Shown: positions 1 to 15,092, numbered from the stretch's first letter. The stretch: 64,000 nt of DNA from Chloroflexota bacterium (GCA_009838965.1 VXQP01000084.1:15819-79818); one strand, 5' to 3'. Notes: generated from the sequence alone by a model not told the origin. A program made the numbers and translations.

Positions 1-1631
1 CCGAGAACCTCGTGCGCGATTCCAAGTTCACGTCCATCCACATCGAGCGCTACGAGGTTGAGTCTCGTGACACGAAACTCGGCCCGGGCGAGATCACGCG
101 GGACATCCCCAGCGTAGGAGAGGACGCGCTCCACAATCTGGACGAGGAAGGCATCATCCGCATCGGCGCCGAGGTCGGCCCCGGCGACATCCTCGTCGGC
201 AAGGTGACGCCCAAGGGCGAAACCGAGCTGACGGCGGAGGAGAAGCTGCTCCGCGCCATCTTCGGTGAGAAGGCGCGCGACGTGAAGGATACCTCCCTCC
301 GCGTTCCTCATGGCGAACGCGGCAAGATCATCGACGTCCGGGTCATGTCCCGTGAGAACGGGGACGACCTCTCCCCCGGCGTGAACAAGCTCGTGCGCGT
401 CTGGGTCGCTCAGACCCGCACCCTCTCCGAGGGCGACAAGATGGCCGGGCGTCACGGCAACAAGGGCGTCGTCTCCCGCATCATGCCGGTGGAGGACATG
501 CCATACCTGCCGGATGGCACCTCCGTGGACATCATCCTCAACCCTATCGGCGTGCCCTCCCGCATGAACCTCGGGCAGGTACTGGAGACACACCTGGGGC
601 TGGCAGCCCACAAGCTGCGCTTCCGCGCGGCAACGCCCGTGTTCGACGGCGCGACCGATGCGGACATCCGCGACGCGCTCGCCCGTGCATGGCTGCTGGA
701 ACGCGCCGGAGCGCTCGGCAGCGACCTCGACACCTCAGACGGCTACGAGCCGGACTGGGCGAAGGCCCGGGGATGGGTCGCTGAGCGTGGCTACGACGCC
801 GACCGCGCGTTCGACGACAACGACCGGGACTCCAACTACGCCTCGTCGATAAGCCTCCGGCTCTGGCTGGACGACCTTGCGGAGACGTTCCGGGAGGTAA
901 CGGGCACGAAGGTGGACCTCGGCGATGAGTCGTTCGACGACCTTTACCGTGAGGCGCTGCGCGTGGGGCGCGCGCTCAACGCGGCCGCCCCAGTGCTCGG
1001 CAAGTCGGTTCTGTACGACGGTCGCACCGGCGAACCGTTCGACAACCCGGTAACGGTCGGTTACATCTACATGCTGAAGCTCATCCACCTGGTGGAGGAC
1101 AAGATCCACGCCCGGTCGACCGGCCCCTACTCGCTCATCACGCAGCAACCGCTGGGCGGCAAGGCACAGTTCGGCGGGCAGCGCTTCGGAGAGATGGAGG
1201 TCTGGGCGCTGGAAGCGTACAGCGCCGCCTACAACCTCCAGGAGATGCTCACGGTCAAGTCGGACGACGTTGTCGGACGCGTGAAGACCTATGAAGCCAT
1301 CGTGAAAGGGGAGGAGGTCGTGCAACCCGGTGTGCCGGAGTCCTTCAACGTATTGCTGAAGGAGCTGCAGAGCCTCGGCCTCGCCGTCGAACTTCGCTAC
1401 GAAGAAGACCAGGGCGTCGTCTCCTCACGGTTCACCTACACCGGCGAGGAGGAAGAAGAAGAACTGGAGGCCGTCGCGCCGATCGCGATCGAACCCGTCG
1501 CGCCATCGTGGGAAGCGGACTTCGCACCGCTGGAAGAGCAGGACGGAGACGTGACCACCACCGTGCGCATCGACCTGGGCGCCTACGCCCGCAAGGCCTC
1601 GGAAGAAGAGAGCGAGAGCAACGCGGACTAG
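1..1631 (+). CDS. rpoB: DNA-directed RNA polymerase subunit beta, C-terminal part (5-prime end lies outside the window)
   Basis: The frame is open from the window edge ([15 protein letters not shown]...). Conserved beta motifs are present: [41 protein letters not shown]. Stop at 1629-1631. Carries a lineage-specific insert (about 654-1001) and an acidic tail. Confidence 0.97.
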   Translation, partial: ENLVRDSKFTSIHIERYEVESRDTKLGPGEITRDIPSVGEDALHNLDEEGIIRIGAEVGPGDILVGKVTPKGETELTAEEKLLRAIFGEKARDVKDTSLRVPHGERGKIIDVRVMSRENGDDLSPGVNKLVRVWVAQTRTLSEGDKMAGRHGNKGVVSRIMPVEDMPYLPDGTSVDIILNPIGVPSRMNLGQVLETHLGLAAHKLRFRAATPVFDGATDADIRDALARAWLLERAGALGSDLDTSDGYEPDWAKARGWVAERGYDADRAFDDNDRDSNYASSISLRLWLDDLAETFREVTGTKVDLGDESFDDLYREALRVGRALNAAAPVLGKSVLYDGRTGEPFDNPVTVGYIYMLKLIHLVEDKIHARSTGPYSLITQQPLGGKAQFGGQRFGEMEVWALEAYSAAYNLQEMLTVKSDDVVGRVKTYEAIVKGEEVVQPGVPESFNVLLKELQSLGLAVELRYEEDQGVVSSRFTYTGEEEEEELEAVAPIAIEPVAPSWEADFAPLEEQDGDVTTTVRIDLGAYARKASEEESESNAD

Positions 1632-1711
1632 CAGCACACGCGGCCCCGGCCCCGTGAGCGCACCGCACCGATAACCAGCGGGAAAGCAACCCGCAGGGGA
1701 GAGCAGCGAAC

Positions 1712-6034
<4,323 letters not shown>

Positions 6035-6066
6035 CCTGCGCCGTTCGGAACGGACTCAGTTGTACG

Positions 6067-6091
6067 GAAGGGCGCCCGGATGGGCGCCCTT
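6067..6091. terminator. Hairpin between convergent rpoC and ctaB (candidate bidirectional terminator)
   Basis: Perfect 10-bp stem gaagggcgcc / ggcgcccttc with loop cggat. It sits 33 nt after the rpoC stop and 9 nt after the ctaB stop. There is no clear U-tract. Confidence 0.55.
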
Positions 6092-6099
6092 CTACATAA

Positions 6100-6972
6100 C
6101 TACGAGTACCAGGGCAGCATCGGCTCGACCGCCAGTGTGACGAACACGAGCGCGAGGTAGAGCAACGAATACTTGTACGCCGCGAGCGTGTTCCGGGAAT
6201 CTCCGCCGCCGAGCAACGGCCACGACATGCGCAGCCAGACCACGCTCAGCAGCGTCGTCACCAGCGCGAACGTCAGCCCGCCGTAGCCTGCGGCGAGTGG
6301 CAGCCAGGCCATCACGGCCAGCAACACCACGTACAGCAACACCTGCCGTGCGGTGTCGCGCTGCCTCGCCACCACGGCCAGCATCGGCACGTTCGCGGCG
6401 GCGTAGTCCTCCCGCAACAGCATGGAGAGCGTCCAGAAGTGGGGCGGCGTCCAGAAAAAGACGAAAGCGAACATGTAGAGGCCAAGCGCCGTGAACTCGC
6501 CGGAAACCGCTGCCGCTCCGATGAGCGGAGGGAACGCTCCCGCGGCGCCGCCGATGACGATGTTGTTCCACGAGCGCCGCTTGAGCAGCATCGTGTAGAC
6601 CAGCACGTAGACCGCCGCGGCCGCGAAGGTGAGAGCTGCCGCAAGCGGGTTCGCTCCCGCTGCCATGAGCGCCGTGGCTGCGGCCACCAGCGCCACCCCG
6701 ACGAGCGCGGCGTTCCGCGCACTGATCTGTTGCGCGGGCACCGGCCGCACCCTTGTACGGCGCATCACCGTGTCTATGTCTGCGTCCAGGCTCTGGTTGA
6801 TGGCGTTCGCACCGCCAGCGGCGAGCGCTCCCGCGACAACGACCGTCAGCAGCACCAGCGCGTCCGGCGAACCCGCCGCCGCCTTCCATGCCCCCGCCGC
6901 TCCCGTGACCACGAGCAACAGCACGATGCGCGGTTTGCATAGGGCCGTCACCTGGCGGAGGAATGACGCCAT
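6100..6972 (-). CDS. ctaB: Protoheme IX farnesyltransferase (heme O synthase), UbiA family
   Basis: Multi-TM UbiA-fold protein (NQSLDADIDTVMRRTRVRPVP, WTPPHFW). I trimmed the track ORF (6100-7368) to the ATG at 6972-6970 (MASFLRQVT...), because the upstream 132 codons overlap ctaA and look like shadow sequence. There is a TGATG stop/start overlap with ctaA. Confidence 0.9.
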   Translation of the reverse strand: MASFLRQVTALCKPRIVLLLVVTGAAGAWKAAAGSPDALVLLTVVVAGALAAGGANAINQSLDADIDTVMRRTRVRPVPAQQISARNAALVGVALVAAATALMAAGANPLAAALTFAAAAVYVLVYTMLLKRRSWNNIVIGGAAGAFPPLIGAAAVSGEFTALGLYMFAFVFFWTPPHFWTLSMLLREDYAAANVPMLAVVARQRDTARQVLLYVVLLAVMAWLPLAAGYGGLTFALVTTLLSVVWLRMSWPLLGGGDSRNTLAAYKYSLLYLALVFVTLAVEPMLPWYS

Positions 6973-7850
6973 CAGCGCGTCCGCCCCAGGAGCGCGAAGC
7001 TGAACTGCGCCACGATGATCCACCAGACCGTGGCGGCCAGCCCGAGGTGCATGATGCGTAGCTCCTGCGGCAGCCGAAGCCAGACCGCGCTCACGCCCAC
7101 CGTGAACTGCGCCGCCGCCAGCAGCGCAGCGATCACGCTCACCCAGAAGGCCCAGCCCCCCACTCGGCGCGCCTGCCACGCCGTCCATATCAGCGCCAGC
7201 AGCAACGCCGTTGCGGCCACGCGGTGTACGAGATGCACCCACGCGGCCTCCGTGCCGCTGCGCGCATCGCACAGCGGCAGGCCGGGGCATCCGGCGCTGT
7301 GCCCGGTGCCTACGATCGTTCCTCCGGCGAGCACCACGAACGCTGCCGCGATGACGAGCGCCCGCCACCGCCTGACATCCGGGGGCGGCGAGAAGCGCAC
7401 TTTGAGCGCTCGTGCCGCGCCTCCGGTGAGAAGCGCAAGAGTGAGCAGGGAGAACGTCAGATGCGCCAGCCGCACCATGCTGTGCAGTTCGGTGAGCACG
7501 GTGATGCCCCCGAGCACAGCCTGCACGAGGATCGCCACGAGCGCCCAGACCAGCAATCGCGAGGTGAGCCGGTCATGCGTGCGGGCGCGGAAAGCGAAAG
7601 CAGCGGAGGCTGCCACGAGCAGCATCGTGACGCCTGCGTAGACGCGATGGCCGAACTCGATGGCGGTCGCTCCTTCAATCTCGGGGACGAGCGCTCCCTC
7701 GCAGAGGGGCCAGTCGGGACACCCGAGGCCGGAGCCGGAAACGCGCACCCACGAGCCATACGCGATGAGGCCGAGCGTGAGCACAGACGCCACGAGAGCG
7801 AGCCACCCGGCGCGGCGGATGTCCACCGCGCGTACTCCCTGCACCGCCAT
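6972..7850 (-). CDS. ctaA: Heme A synthase (COX15/CtaA family)
   Basis: 292-aa polytopic protein with the paired-Cys motif GLGCPDWPLCEG and a second CPGLPLC. Conserved His residues lie in TM helices. Translationally coupled to ctaB. Confidence 0.88.
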   Translation of the reverse strand: MAVQGVRAVDIRRAGWLALVASVLTLGLIAYGSWVRVSGSGLGCPDWPLCEGALVPEIEGATAIEFGHRVYAGVTMLLVAASAAFAFRARTHDRLTSRLLVWALVAILVQAVLGGITVLTELHSMVRLAHLTFSLLTLALLTGGAARALKVRFSPPPDVRRWRALVIAAAFVVLAGGTIVGTGHSAGCPGLPLCDARSGTEAAWVHLVHRVAATALLLALIWTAWQARRVGGWAFWVSVIAALLAAAQFTVGVSAVWLRLPQELRIMHLGLAATVWWIIVAQFSFALLGRTR

Positions 7851-7854
7851 CTAC

Positions 7855-8058
7855 CTATGCCACCCCGTACGACATGACGGCCAGGACGGCGATGAGTCCC
7901 ACGGGCAACAACGTCCAGACGACCTCGGCGGCGCGTGTCCCCAGGATGCCGCGCGATGCGTCCTGCCGCACGTGCATGCGCAGCGCAGTGACGACGATGG
8001 CCGCTTCGGCCAGCGCCATCAGGCTGACGACTATCCAGAATCCTGCGTGGGGTGTCAT
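7855..8058 (-). CDS. Small two-TM protein resembling the transmembrane hairpin of cytochrome c oxidase subunit II
   Basis: ATG at 8058-8056 and TAG at 7857-7855, giving 67 aa (MTPHAGFWIVVSLMALAEAAIVVTALRMH...AEVVWTLLPVGLIAVLAVMSY). The E-x-x-W-T-x-x-P segment matches the start of Cox2 TM2. It ends 4 nt before the ctaA start. It is the 3-prime tail of the 1135-aa shadow ORF in the track. Confidence 0.5.
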   Translation of the reverse strand: MTPHAGFWIVVSLMALAEAAIVVTALRMHVRQDASRGILGTRAAEVVWTLLPVGLIAVLAVMSYGVA

Positions 8059-8184
8059 GTGCAGCGGTACGAGAGCACGCGGGCAATCCTCCCGCCCCGG
8101 CGCGCCTCCTCTATGGTAGCGTAAGCTGGCTGCCGCCGCCACGTTCGCCGAGTGACGAGCGGCGGTCCAATGAGGAGGTTGGAG

Positions 8185-8931
8185 ATGGCGATACGCGAGG
8201 AAGAGTTCGACCTGCCGGTGGACGAGGGGGAGATGGCCATCTTCCTCTACGAGCCGGAGGACGCGGGACCGCTGCCGTCCATCATCATGGTGCACGACGC
8301 CGTCGGCCTGACCGTGGAGGCGCGCGAGCAGGCCAGGTGGCTCGCCGGACACGGCTACACCGTCGCGGCGCCGGACGTCTTCCACCGCGCCGGGCGCCTG
8401 CTGACGCTGCCCGCACTCGGCGGCGGCCCCGACGCCACGCCCCGCATCCGCGCTGGGATGACCAACGACGGCCACTGCGCGGACATCACGCGCCTGGCCG
8501 AGTTCCTGCGCACACGTTCGGGCAGCGACGGCCGCGTCGGGCTCACCGGGTTCTGTCTCGGCGGGCGCATCTCGTTCCTCGGCGCGACGCTGGGCGGCGT
8601 CGTGGACGCGACGGTGGCGTTCTACCCGACGCGCCTGCTGGAGTCCGACCCCGCAGTGCCGGATTCGCCGTGGCCTGTGCACGGGGCGGGGAACGTGACG
8701 AACCCGCTGCTCATGTTCTTCCCCGCGCTGGACGGCTTCAACCCGTACTCGAACGTCGAGGCGATCAGGGCCGCGTTCCCGGATGCGGCAGACCACGTCC
8801 GCGCCGTGTGGGTTGAGGATGCCGACCACGCCTTCGCGCAGCCGGAGAGCGAGGCGTACCACCCGGAACGCGCAGCCGAGGTGTGGGAGGAGGCGCTCGC
8901 GTTCTTCGACCGGCACCTGCGCCCGGTATAA
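8185..8931 (+). CDS. Dienelactone hydrolase family protein
   Basis: Alpha/beta-hydrolase pattern: IIMVHDAVGL, nucleophile elbow GFCLGG, and C-terminal DADHAF. The start is moved to the ATG at 8185, which has an AGGAGG (8173-8178) 6 nt upstream. The track start 8152 is a GTG with no RBS. Confidence 0.8.
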   Translation: MAIREEEFDLPVDEGEMAIFLYEPEDAGPLPSIIMVHDAVGLTVEAREQARWLAGHGYTVAAPDVFHRAGRLLTLPALGGGPDATPRIRAGMTNDGHCADITRLAEFLRTRSGSDGRVGLTGFCLGGRISFLGATLGGVVDATVAFYPTRLLESDPAVPDSPWPVHGAGNVTNPLLMFFPALDGFNPYSNVEAIRAAFPDAADHVRAVWVEDADHAFAQPESEAYHPERAAEVWEEALAFFDRHLRPV

Positions 8932-8997
8932 TCGCGGCTTGCGCACAGGGAAGCGAACAGCGCTCATCAGCGCATACGAGCACGGAGGAGCACTCAC

Positions 8998-9732
8998 ATG
9001 GACACGATAGAGCAGGTTGTCGACATCGAAACGGCGGACGGAACGATGGCAACGCCGACGTCGCGCCCCGCGGACGGCGGCACGCACCCGGGGGTCGTCG
9101 TCATCATGGAGGCGTTCGGCGTGAACCCCAACATCGAGGGCATCGTGCAGCGGTTCGCGAGCGAGGGCTACGTCGCCGCAGCGCCGGACCTCTTCCACCG
9201 CTCCGGACGACTGCGCTACGCCCCTTACGACAAGCTGCAGGAGATGCGCGAGGACCTGCGCTCCGGCGGCTTCGGCGACGCCTCCATCGACATGGACGTG
9301 CAGGCCGCGATCGACTACCTGCGCAGCGACCCGAACGTCGGCGCGATAGGCATCGTGGGTTTCTGCCTCGGAGGCCGCGTCACGATGCAGTCGGCGATAC
9401 GTGCGCGCGGGCTGTCGGCGGGGGCCGTCTACTACGGCGGCTTCATGTTCCCCGGCGACGATCAGCCGGAGGCATTCCACGCGCTGCGCGAGGCCGAAGC
9501 GCTCTCCATCCCGGTGATGGGCTTCTTCGGCGAGGAGGACCAGAACCCCACGACGGAGCAGGTGGGCGCGCTGGACGAGCGGCTCACCGCCCTCGGCAAG
9601 GAGCACACGTTCCACGTCTATGCTGGCGCAGGGCACGGCTTCTTCTGTGACGACCGCGCCAGCCACAACGCGGAGGCTGCTGCCGACGCATGGGAGAAGA
9701 CGCTCGCGTTCTTCGGCGAACGCCTGCGCTGA
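8998..9732 (+). CDS. Dienelactone hydrolase family protein (paralog)
   Basis: Same family pattern (VVVIMEAFGVN, GFCLGG, GAGHGF). GGAGGAG RBS upstream of the ATG at 8998. Confidence 0.8.
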   Translation: MDTIEQVVDIETADGTMATPTSRPADGGTHPGVVVIMEAFGVNPNIEGIVQRFASEGYVAAAPDLFHRSGRLRYAPYDKLQEMREDLRSGGFGDASIDMDVQAAIDYLRSDPNVGAIGIVGFCLGGRVTMQSAIRARGLSAGAVYYGGFMFPGDDQPEAFHALREAEALSIPVMGFFGEEDQNPTTEQVGALDERLTALGKEHTFHVYAGAGHGFFCDDRASHNAEAAADAWEKTLAFFGERLR

Positions 9733-9808
9733 GCCGACGGACCTGCTTGTCATTCCGAGCGAAGCGCAGCGGAGCTCAACATGACAACGCCAGGAGAGGA
9801 GACACCAC

Positions 9809-11197
9809 ATGACCGACGCGTATGACGTCATCATCATCGGAGGCGGGTCCGCCGGCGAGAACGTCGCCGGACGCACGGCGCCCGCGGGACTGAGCACCGC
9901 CATCGTCGAAGCGGAACTGGTTGGCGGCGAGTGTTCGTACTGGGCGTGCATGCCGAGCAAAGCGCTGCTCCGTCCCGGCGAAGCGCTCGCCGCGGCGAAG
10001 CGCGTGCCCGCCGTGCGGGACGCCGTCACCGGCACCGTGGACGCGGCCCGCGCGCTGCGCGCTCGCGACGCGTTTGCGAGCCACTGGAGCGACGCCGGAC
10101 AGGAGCAATGGGTCGCTTCCGTAGGAGCGACGCTCGTCCGCGGTTGGGGACGGCTCGACGGTGAGAAGCGTGTCGTCGTGGACATGGCAGACGGGAGCGG
10201 CACTATCGAACTGGAGGCGAACAAGGCGGTCGTGCTCGCGACGGGGTCGGTTGGCTTCATCCCGCCCATCGAGGGGTTGGCGGAGGCCGAGCCATGGACG
10301 AGCCGGGAGGTCACATCGGCGAAGAGCGTGCCGGAGAGCTTCATCATCATCGGCTCGGGTGTCGTCGGGCTGGAGATGGCCCAGGCGTGGACGTCGCTTG
10401 GCACGGCGGAGGTGACCGTGCTGGAACGCATGGCGCTGGAGAACACGCCTTTCGAGCCGTTCGCGATGCAGGCCGTGGTCGATTCGCTGGAGGCGCAGGG
10501 CGTCACCTTCCGGTTCGGGTGCGTCGTAGCCTCGGCTGCCCGCACGAGCGACGGCGTGAGCGTGACGATGGACAACGGCGAGACGCTGTATGCCCAGGAA
10601 CTGCTCGTGGCAGCGGGGCGTATCGGCGTCGTGGAGGGCGTCGGGCTGGAGACCGTCGGCGTCGACGCGCAGCGGTACGTGAAGGTGAACGACCACCTGC
10701 AGGTGGAGGGCGTGGACGGCGGATGGCTGTACGGCGTGGGCGACGTAAACGGGCGGGCGTTGCTGACGCACCAGGGCAAGTACCAGGCGCGGCAGGCGGG
10801 CGACCACATCCGCGGGCTCGACGCCTCCGCGTGGGCGGACAACGGCATGGTGCCCGCGGTGGTGTTCACGGACCCGCAGATCGGGAGCGTGGGGCTGACG
10901 GAGCGCGCCGCCCGAGAGCGCGGCCTGAACATCCGCGCCATCGAGATGGGCTGGCCGGTCGCCGCCGCCCCGCTGCACGGCGAGCATTTCAGCGGCGGCG
11001 TGAAGTTCATCGTGGACGAGGACCGGCAGGTGCTGGTCGGCGCGACGTTCGCCGGGCCGGAGGTCGGGGAGCTGACGCACGCGGCGACCATCGCCATCGT
11101 GGGCGAGGTGACGCTCGACCGACTGTGGCACGCGACGCCGTCGTTCCCGACGCTGAGCGAGGTGTGGCTGCGCTTCCTGGAGACGTACGGCCTGTAG
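9809..11197 (+). CDS. Class I pyridine nucleotide-disulfide oxidoreductase (dihydrolipoyl dehydrogenase / mycothione reductase-like flavoprotein)
   Basis: N-terminal FAD fold DVIIIGGGSAG, redox-active CxxxxC (GGECSYWACMPSK), second Rossmann fold IIIGSGVVGLE, and a C-terminal dimerisation region with H-x-x-P-x-x-x-E. Confidence 0.8.
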   Translation: MTDAYDVIIIGGGSAGENVAGRTAPAGLSTAIVEAELVGGECSYWACMPSKALLRPGEALAAAKRVPAVRDAVTGTVDAARALRARDAFASHWSDAGQEQWVASVGATLVRGWGRLDGEKRVVVDMADGSGTIELEANKAVVLATGSVGFIPPIEGLAEAEPWTSREVTSAKSVPESFIIIGSGVVGLEMAQAWTSLGTAEVTVLERMALENTPFEPFAMQAVVDSLEAQGVTFRFGCVVASAARTSDGVSVTMDNGETLYAQELLVAAGRIGVVEGVGLETVGVDAQRYVKVNDHLQVEGVDGGWLYGVGDVNGRALLTHQGKYQARQAGDHIRGLDASAWADNGMVPAVVFTDPQIGSVGLTERAARERGLNIRAIEMGWPVAAAPLHGEHFSGGVKFIVDEDRQVLVGATFAGPEVGELTHAATIAIVGEVTLDRLWHATPSFPTLSEVWLRFLETYGL

Positions 11198-11245
11198 GCG
11201 TCGTCTCCCTGTTGCCGTGCGGGGCGGGGCGCGTAAACTGCCCGC

Positions 11246-12043
<798 letters not shown>

Positions 12044-12044
12044 C

Positions 12045-12953
12045 ATGACCGCCACCCCTGCCCCGCAATCGAAGATCGTCTCCTGGTTCTGGGCGGCACG
12101 CCCGTTCTCGCTGTCGGCGTCGGTGGCGCCGGTGCTGGTGGGAACTGCGCTCGCGGCGACCGTGGGCGCGCTGGACTGGCTGCTGTTCGCGCTCGCGCTG
12201 ACGGGGTCGGTCGCCATCCAGATCGGCACGAACCTCACGGACGAGTACTCGGACCACCGCAAGTCCGGTGGCGAGGGGAAATTCCTCGCGCCGCACAAGG
12301 TCATCCAGCGGGGGCTGCTCTCAGAGCGGGCGGTTGCGCTGGGGATGGGCGCGGCGTTCGGCTACGGCGTGGTCGCGGGGCTGATCATCGTCGCGCACGT
12401 GGGCTGGCCTATCCTCGCGGTGGGGGTGGCGAGCGTCGCTGCGGCGTACCTGTACGCGGGCGGGCCAAAGCCGCTGGGAACGCTGGGCCTCGGCGAGCCG
12501 GTGGTGTTCGTGTTCATGGGGCAGGTGATGGTGATGGCGTCGTACTACGTGCAGCAGGAGACGCTCACATGGGCGTCGTTCTACGTTTCGTTGCCGGTCG
12601 CGTTCATCGTCACGGCCATCCTCGTCGTGAACAACATCCGCGACGTGGAGGAGGACCGGGAGGCCGGGAAGCGGAGCCTCGCCACAGCCGCCGGAACGCG
12701 AGTGGCGACCCGGGCGTACGCGGCGCTGCTGGCAGGGGCGTACCTGAGCATCGCGGGTGCTGCGCTCGGCGGGGCGGTGAGTCTCTGGGCGCTGCTGGGG
12801 CTCGCGCCCCTGCCGTGGGCCGTGGGCGCAGCCCGGGCGCTGTTCGCGGCGGATGAGCGTCCCGCGATGAACCGCCTGCTCGTGCGGAGCGGGAAGCTGC
12901 ACGGGTGGACCGGCCTCGCGCTCGCGGCGGGGTTGTACGCGTCGAGCCTGTGA
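12045..12953 (+). CDS. menA: 1,4-dihydroxy-2-naphthoate polyprenyltransferase (UbiA family)
   Basis: Polytopic UbiA-type protein with Asp-rich motifs (NLTDEYSDHRK; NNIRDVEEDREAGKRSLA). Starts 1 nt after the menB stop. Confidence 0.85.
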   Translation: MTATPAPQSKIVSWFWAARPFSLSASVAPVLVGTALAATVGALDWLLFALALTGSVAIQIGTNLTDEYSDHRKSGGEGKFLAPHKVIQRGLLSERAVALGMGAAFGYGVVAGLIIVAHVGWPILAVGVASVAAAYLYAGGPKPLGTLGLGEPVVFVFMGQVMVMASYYVQQETLTWASFYVSLPVAFIVTAILVVNNIRDVEEDREAGKRSLATAAGTRVATRAYAALLAGAYLSIAGAALGGAVSLWALLGLAPLPWAVGAARALFAADERPAMNRLLVRSGKLHGWTGLALAAGLYASSL

Positions 12954-12975
12954 GGGATCCCGATCACACCCCGCG

Positions 12976-13004
12976 TTGACCGTGCGCACGCGCGCGCCTA
13001 GACT
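12976..13004 (+). promoter_or_regulatory. Candidate sigma-70-type promoter for the VWA gene (near-leaderless)
   Basis: TTGACC (12976-12981), a 17-nt spacer, then TAGACT (12999-13004). The ATG at 13014 lies only 9 nt after the -10 box and no Shine-Dalgarno sequence is visible. Confidence 0.4.
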
Positions 13005-13013
13005 CTCTCCGCC

Positions 13014-15092
13014 ATGTCCATCTACCGCTACTCCCGATGGGACGGTTCGCAGGACGTCGCGCTCCCCACGACCGACGATCTGTTCGACCGCCTCTCCGAG
13101 CAGATCCTGCAAGGAGACGATCTGCGCGGCGCGCTCAACCGCATGATGCGCTACGGCATGCGCGGCGAGGGCCAGCGCGGCCAGGGGCTTCAGGAATTGC
13201 TCGAACGGCTCCGCGACGCCCGCCAGCGCAACCTCGACCGCTACGACCTCTCGTCCATCTTCGACGACATCCAGGAACGGCTCGACGCCATCATCGACAA
13301 GGAGCGCCAGGGCATCGACCAGCGCCTGCAGGAGATCGCGCCGCCACCCGATGGCGGGCAGGGCGGAGACGGACAGGACGGCGAAAGCACAGAGAGCGGC
13401 GGTCAGCCCGGCGGGAGCGGCGCGCCGCCGGACGAGTTCACCGACATGCTGCGGCAGATGGCGAACCGCCACCTCAACCAACTCGATGCGCTGCCGCAAG
13501 GCGCGGGCGGGCGCATCAAGCAGCTGCGCGACTACGACTTCATGGACAGCGGGGCGCGCGAGGACTTCGACGCGCTCATGCAGGAGCTGCAGCAGCAGTT
13601 CCTGCAGCAGTACTTCCAGGGGCTGCAGCAGAGCCTCCAGAACCTGACGCAGGCCGACCTCGCGCAGATATCGGAGATGGTGCGCGACCTCAACGAGCTC
13701 GTGAAGCAGAAGCTGCAGGGCGACGATCCGGACATCAGCGACTTCATGAACAAGTGGGGGCACATGTTCCCGCCGGGCATCGAGACGTTCGACCAGTTGA
13801 TGGAGTACATGTCCAACCAGATGGCACAGATGCAGTCGCTCATGAACTCGATGACGCCGGAGATGCGCCGCCAGCTCGAGGAGATGATGGACGGCCTCCT
13901 GCAGGACAACCGCCTGGCGTGGGACCTGTTCGAACTCGGCATGAACCTCGAACGGATGAACCCCGACAACTTCCCGGACAACGACTTCCGCCTGTTCGGC
14001 GACGAGCCCGTCACGCTGCAGCAGGCGCTCGAACTCATGGGCGACCTGAACGACATGGAAGAGCTGGAGCAGCAACTGCGCCACGCGCTCCGCACCAACG
14101 ACGCCACCAACATCGACGCGGACGACCTCGGCAAGGTGCTCGGCGAGGAGGCGCGGCAGTACGCGCAGGAACTCCAGCGGCTCACGAAAGAGTTGGAGGA
14201 GGCGGGGCTCATCCGCAAGCGTGGTCAGAACGGCTGGGAGCTCACGCCGCAGGCGATGCGGAAGATCGGCGACAAGGCGCTCACCGACATCTTCAACCGC
14301 ATCCGCGGCGGCGACATCGGCGACCACAACCGCGAGAAGAGCGGGGTCGGCGTCGAGATCACGGACGAGACGAAGCGGTGGGAGTTCGGCGACCCGCTCC
14401 ACCTGAACACACTCAAGACCGTCAGCAACGCCGTGCTCCGCGAGGGGCCGGGCACGCCCGTCCGCATCAAACCGGACGACTTCGAGATCGACCGCACCAT
14501 CGCACAGACGCGCGCCTGCACCGTCATCGCCATCGACATGAGCTATTCGATGTTCTGGGACGGCGCGTTCCAGGCCGGGCAGCGCGTCGGGCTGGCGCTC
14601 GATACGCTCATCCGCTCGAAGTTCCCCAAGGACCAGGTGACGGTCGTCGCCTTCTCCTACTTCGTGTTGCCGCTGCAACCGCACATGCTGCTCGACACGT
14701 ACTGGGTCGAGTTCGGCGGAGGCACGAATTTCCAGGAGGTGCTGCGCCAGTCACGGCAGATACTCGGCAGGCAGGGCGGCACGAACAAGCAGATCATCCT
14801 CATCACCGACGGGGAGCCCACCACCTACAACTGGACGGAGAGCGACCTGCGCGCGAACTATGGGCGGCGGGGCGGCGGGCTCGTCGAGGCGACGATGCGC
14901 GAGGTGATGCGCTGCACGCGCGACAACATCACCATCAACACGTTCATGCTGGACCAGAGCCCGTCGCTGCTGCGCTTCGTGCAGCTGATGACGAAGATCA
15001 ACAAGGGCCGCGCGTTCATCTCCAGCCCGCACAGCCTCGGCTCCTACGTCGTCGCGGACTACGTCTCGAACCGGAACAAGGTCATCCGCTAG
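13014..15092 (+). CDS. von Willebrand factor type A (VWA) domain protein with a long Gln/Glu-rich helical N-terminal region
   Basis: 692-aa ORF. The C-terminal VWA domain has the MIDAS motif VIAIDMSYSM and later ILITDGEPT. The N-terminal 450 aa are low-complexity and coiled-coil-like. Confidence 0.75.
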   Translation: MSIYRYSRWDGSQDVALPTTDDLFDRLSEQILQGDDLRGALNRMMRYGMRGEGQRGQGLQELLERLRDARQRNLDRYDLSSIFDDIQERLDAIIDKERQGIDQRLQEIAPPPDGGQGGDGQDGESTESGGQPGGSGAPPDEFTDMLRQMANRHLNQLDALPQGAGGRIKQLRDYDFMDSGAREDFDALMQELQQQFLQQYFQGLQQSLQNLTQADLAQISEMVRDLNELVKQKLQGDDPDISDFMNKWGHMFPPGIETFDQLMEYMSNQMAQMQSLMNSMTPEMRRQLEEMMDGLLQDNRLAWDLFELGMNLERMNPDNFPDNDFRLFGDEPVTLQQALELMGDLNDMEELEQQLRHALRTNDATNIDADDLGKVLGEEARQYAQELQRLTKELEEAGLIRKRGQNGWELTPQAMRKIGDKALTDIFNRIRGGDIGDHNREKSGVGVEITDETKRWEFGDPLHLNTLKTVSNAVLREGPGTPVRIKPDDFEIDRTIAQTRACTVIAIDMSYSMFWDGAFQAGQRVGLALDTLIRSKFPKDQVTVVAFSYFVLPLQPHMLLDTYWVEFGGGTNFQEVLRQSRQILGRQGGTNKQIILITDGEPTTYNWTESDLRANYGRRGGGLVEATMREVMRCTRDNITINTFMLDQSPSLLRFVQLMTKINKGRAFISSPHSLGSYVVADYVSNRNKVIR

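Noticed and set aside
12321-14684. 787-aa minus-strand ORF, and the 708-aa plus-strand off-frame ORF at 13037-15163
   Set aside because: Both overlap the VWA gene (13014-15092), whose frame carries the MIDAS motif and sensible domain structure. The alternatives encode Arg/Pro/Ala-rich nonsense.
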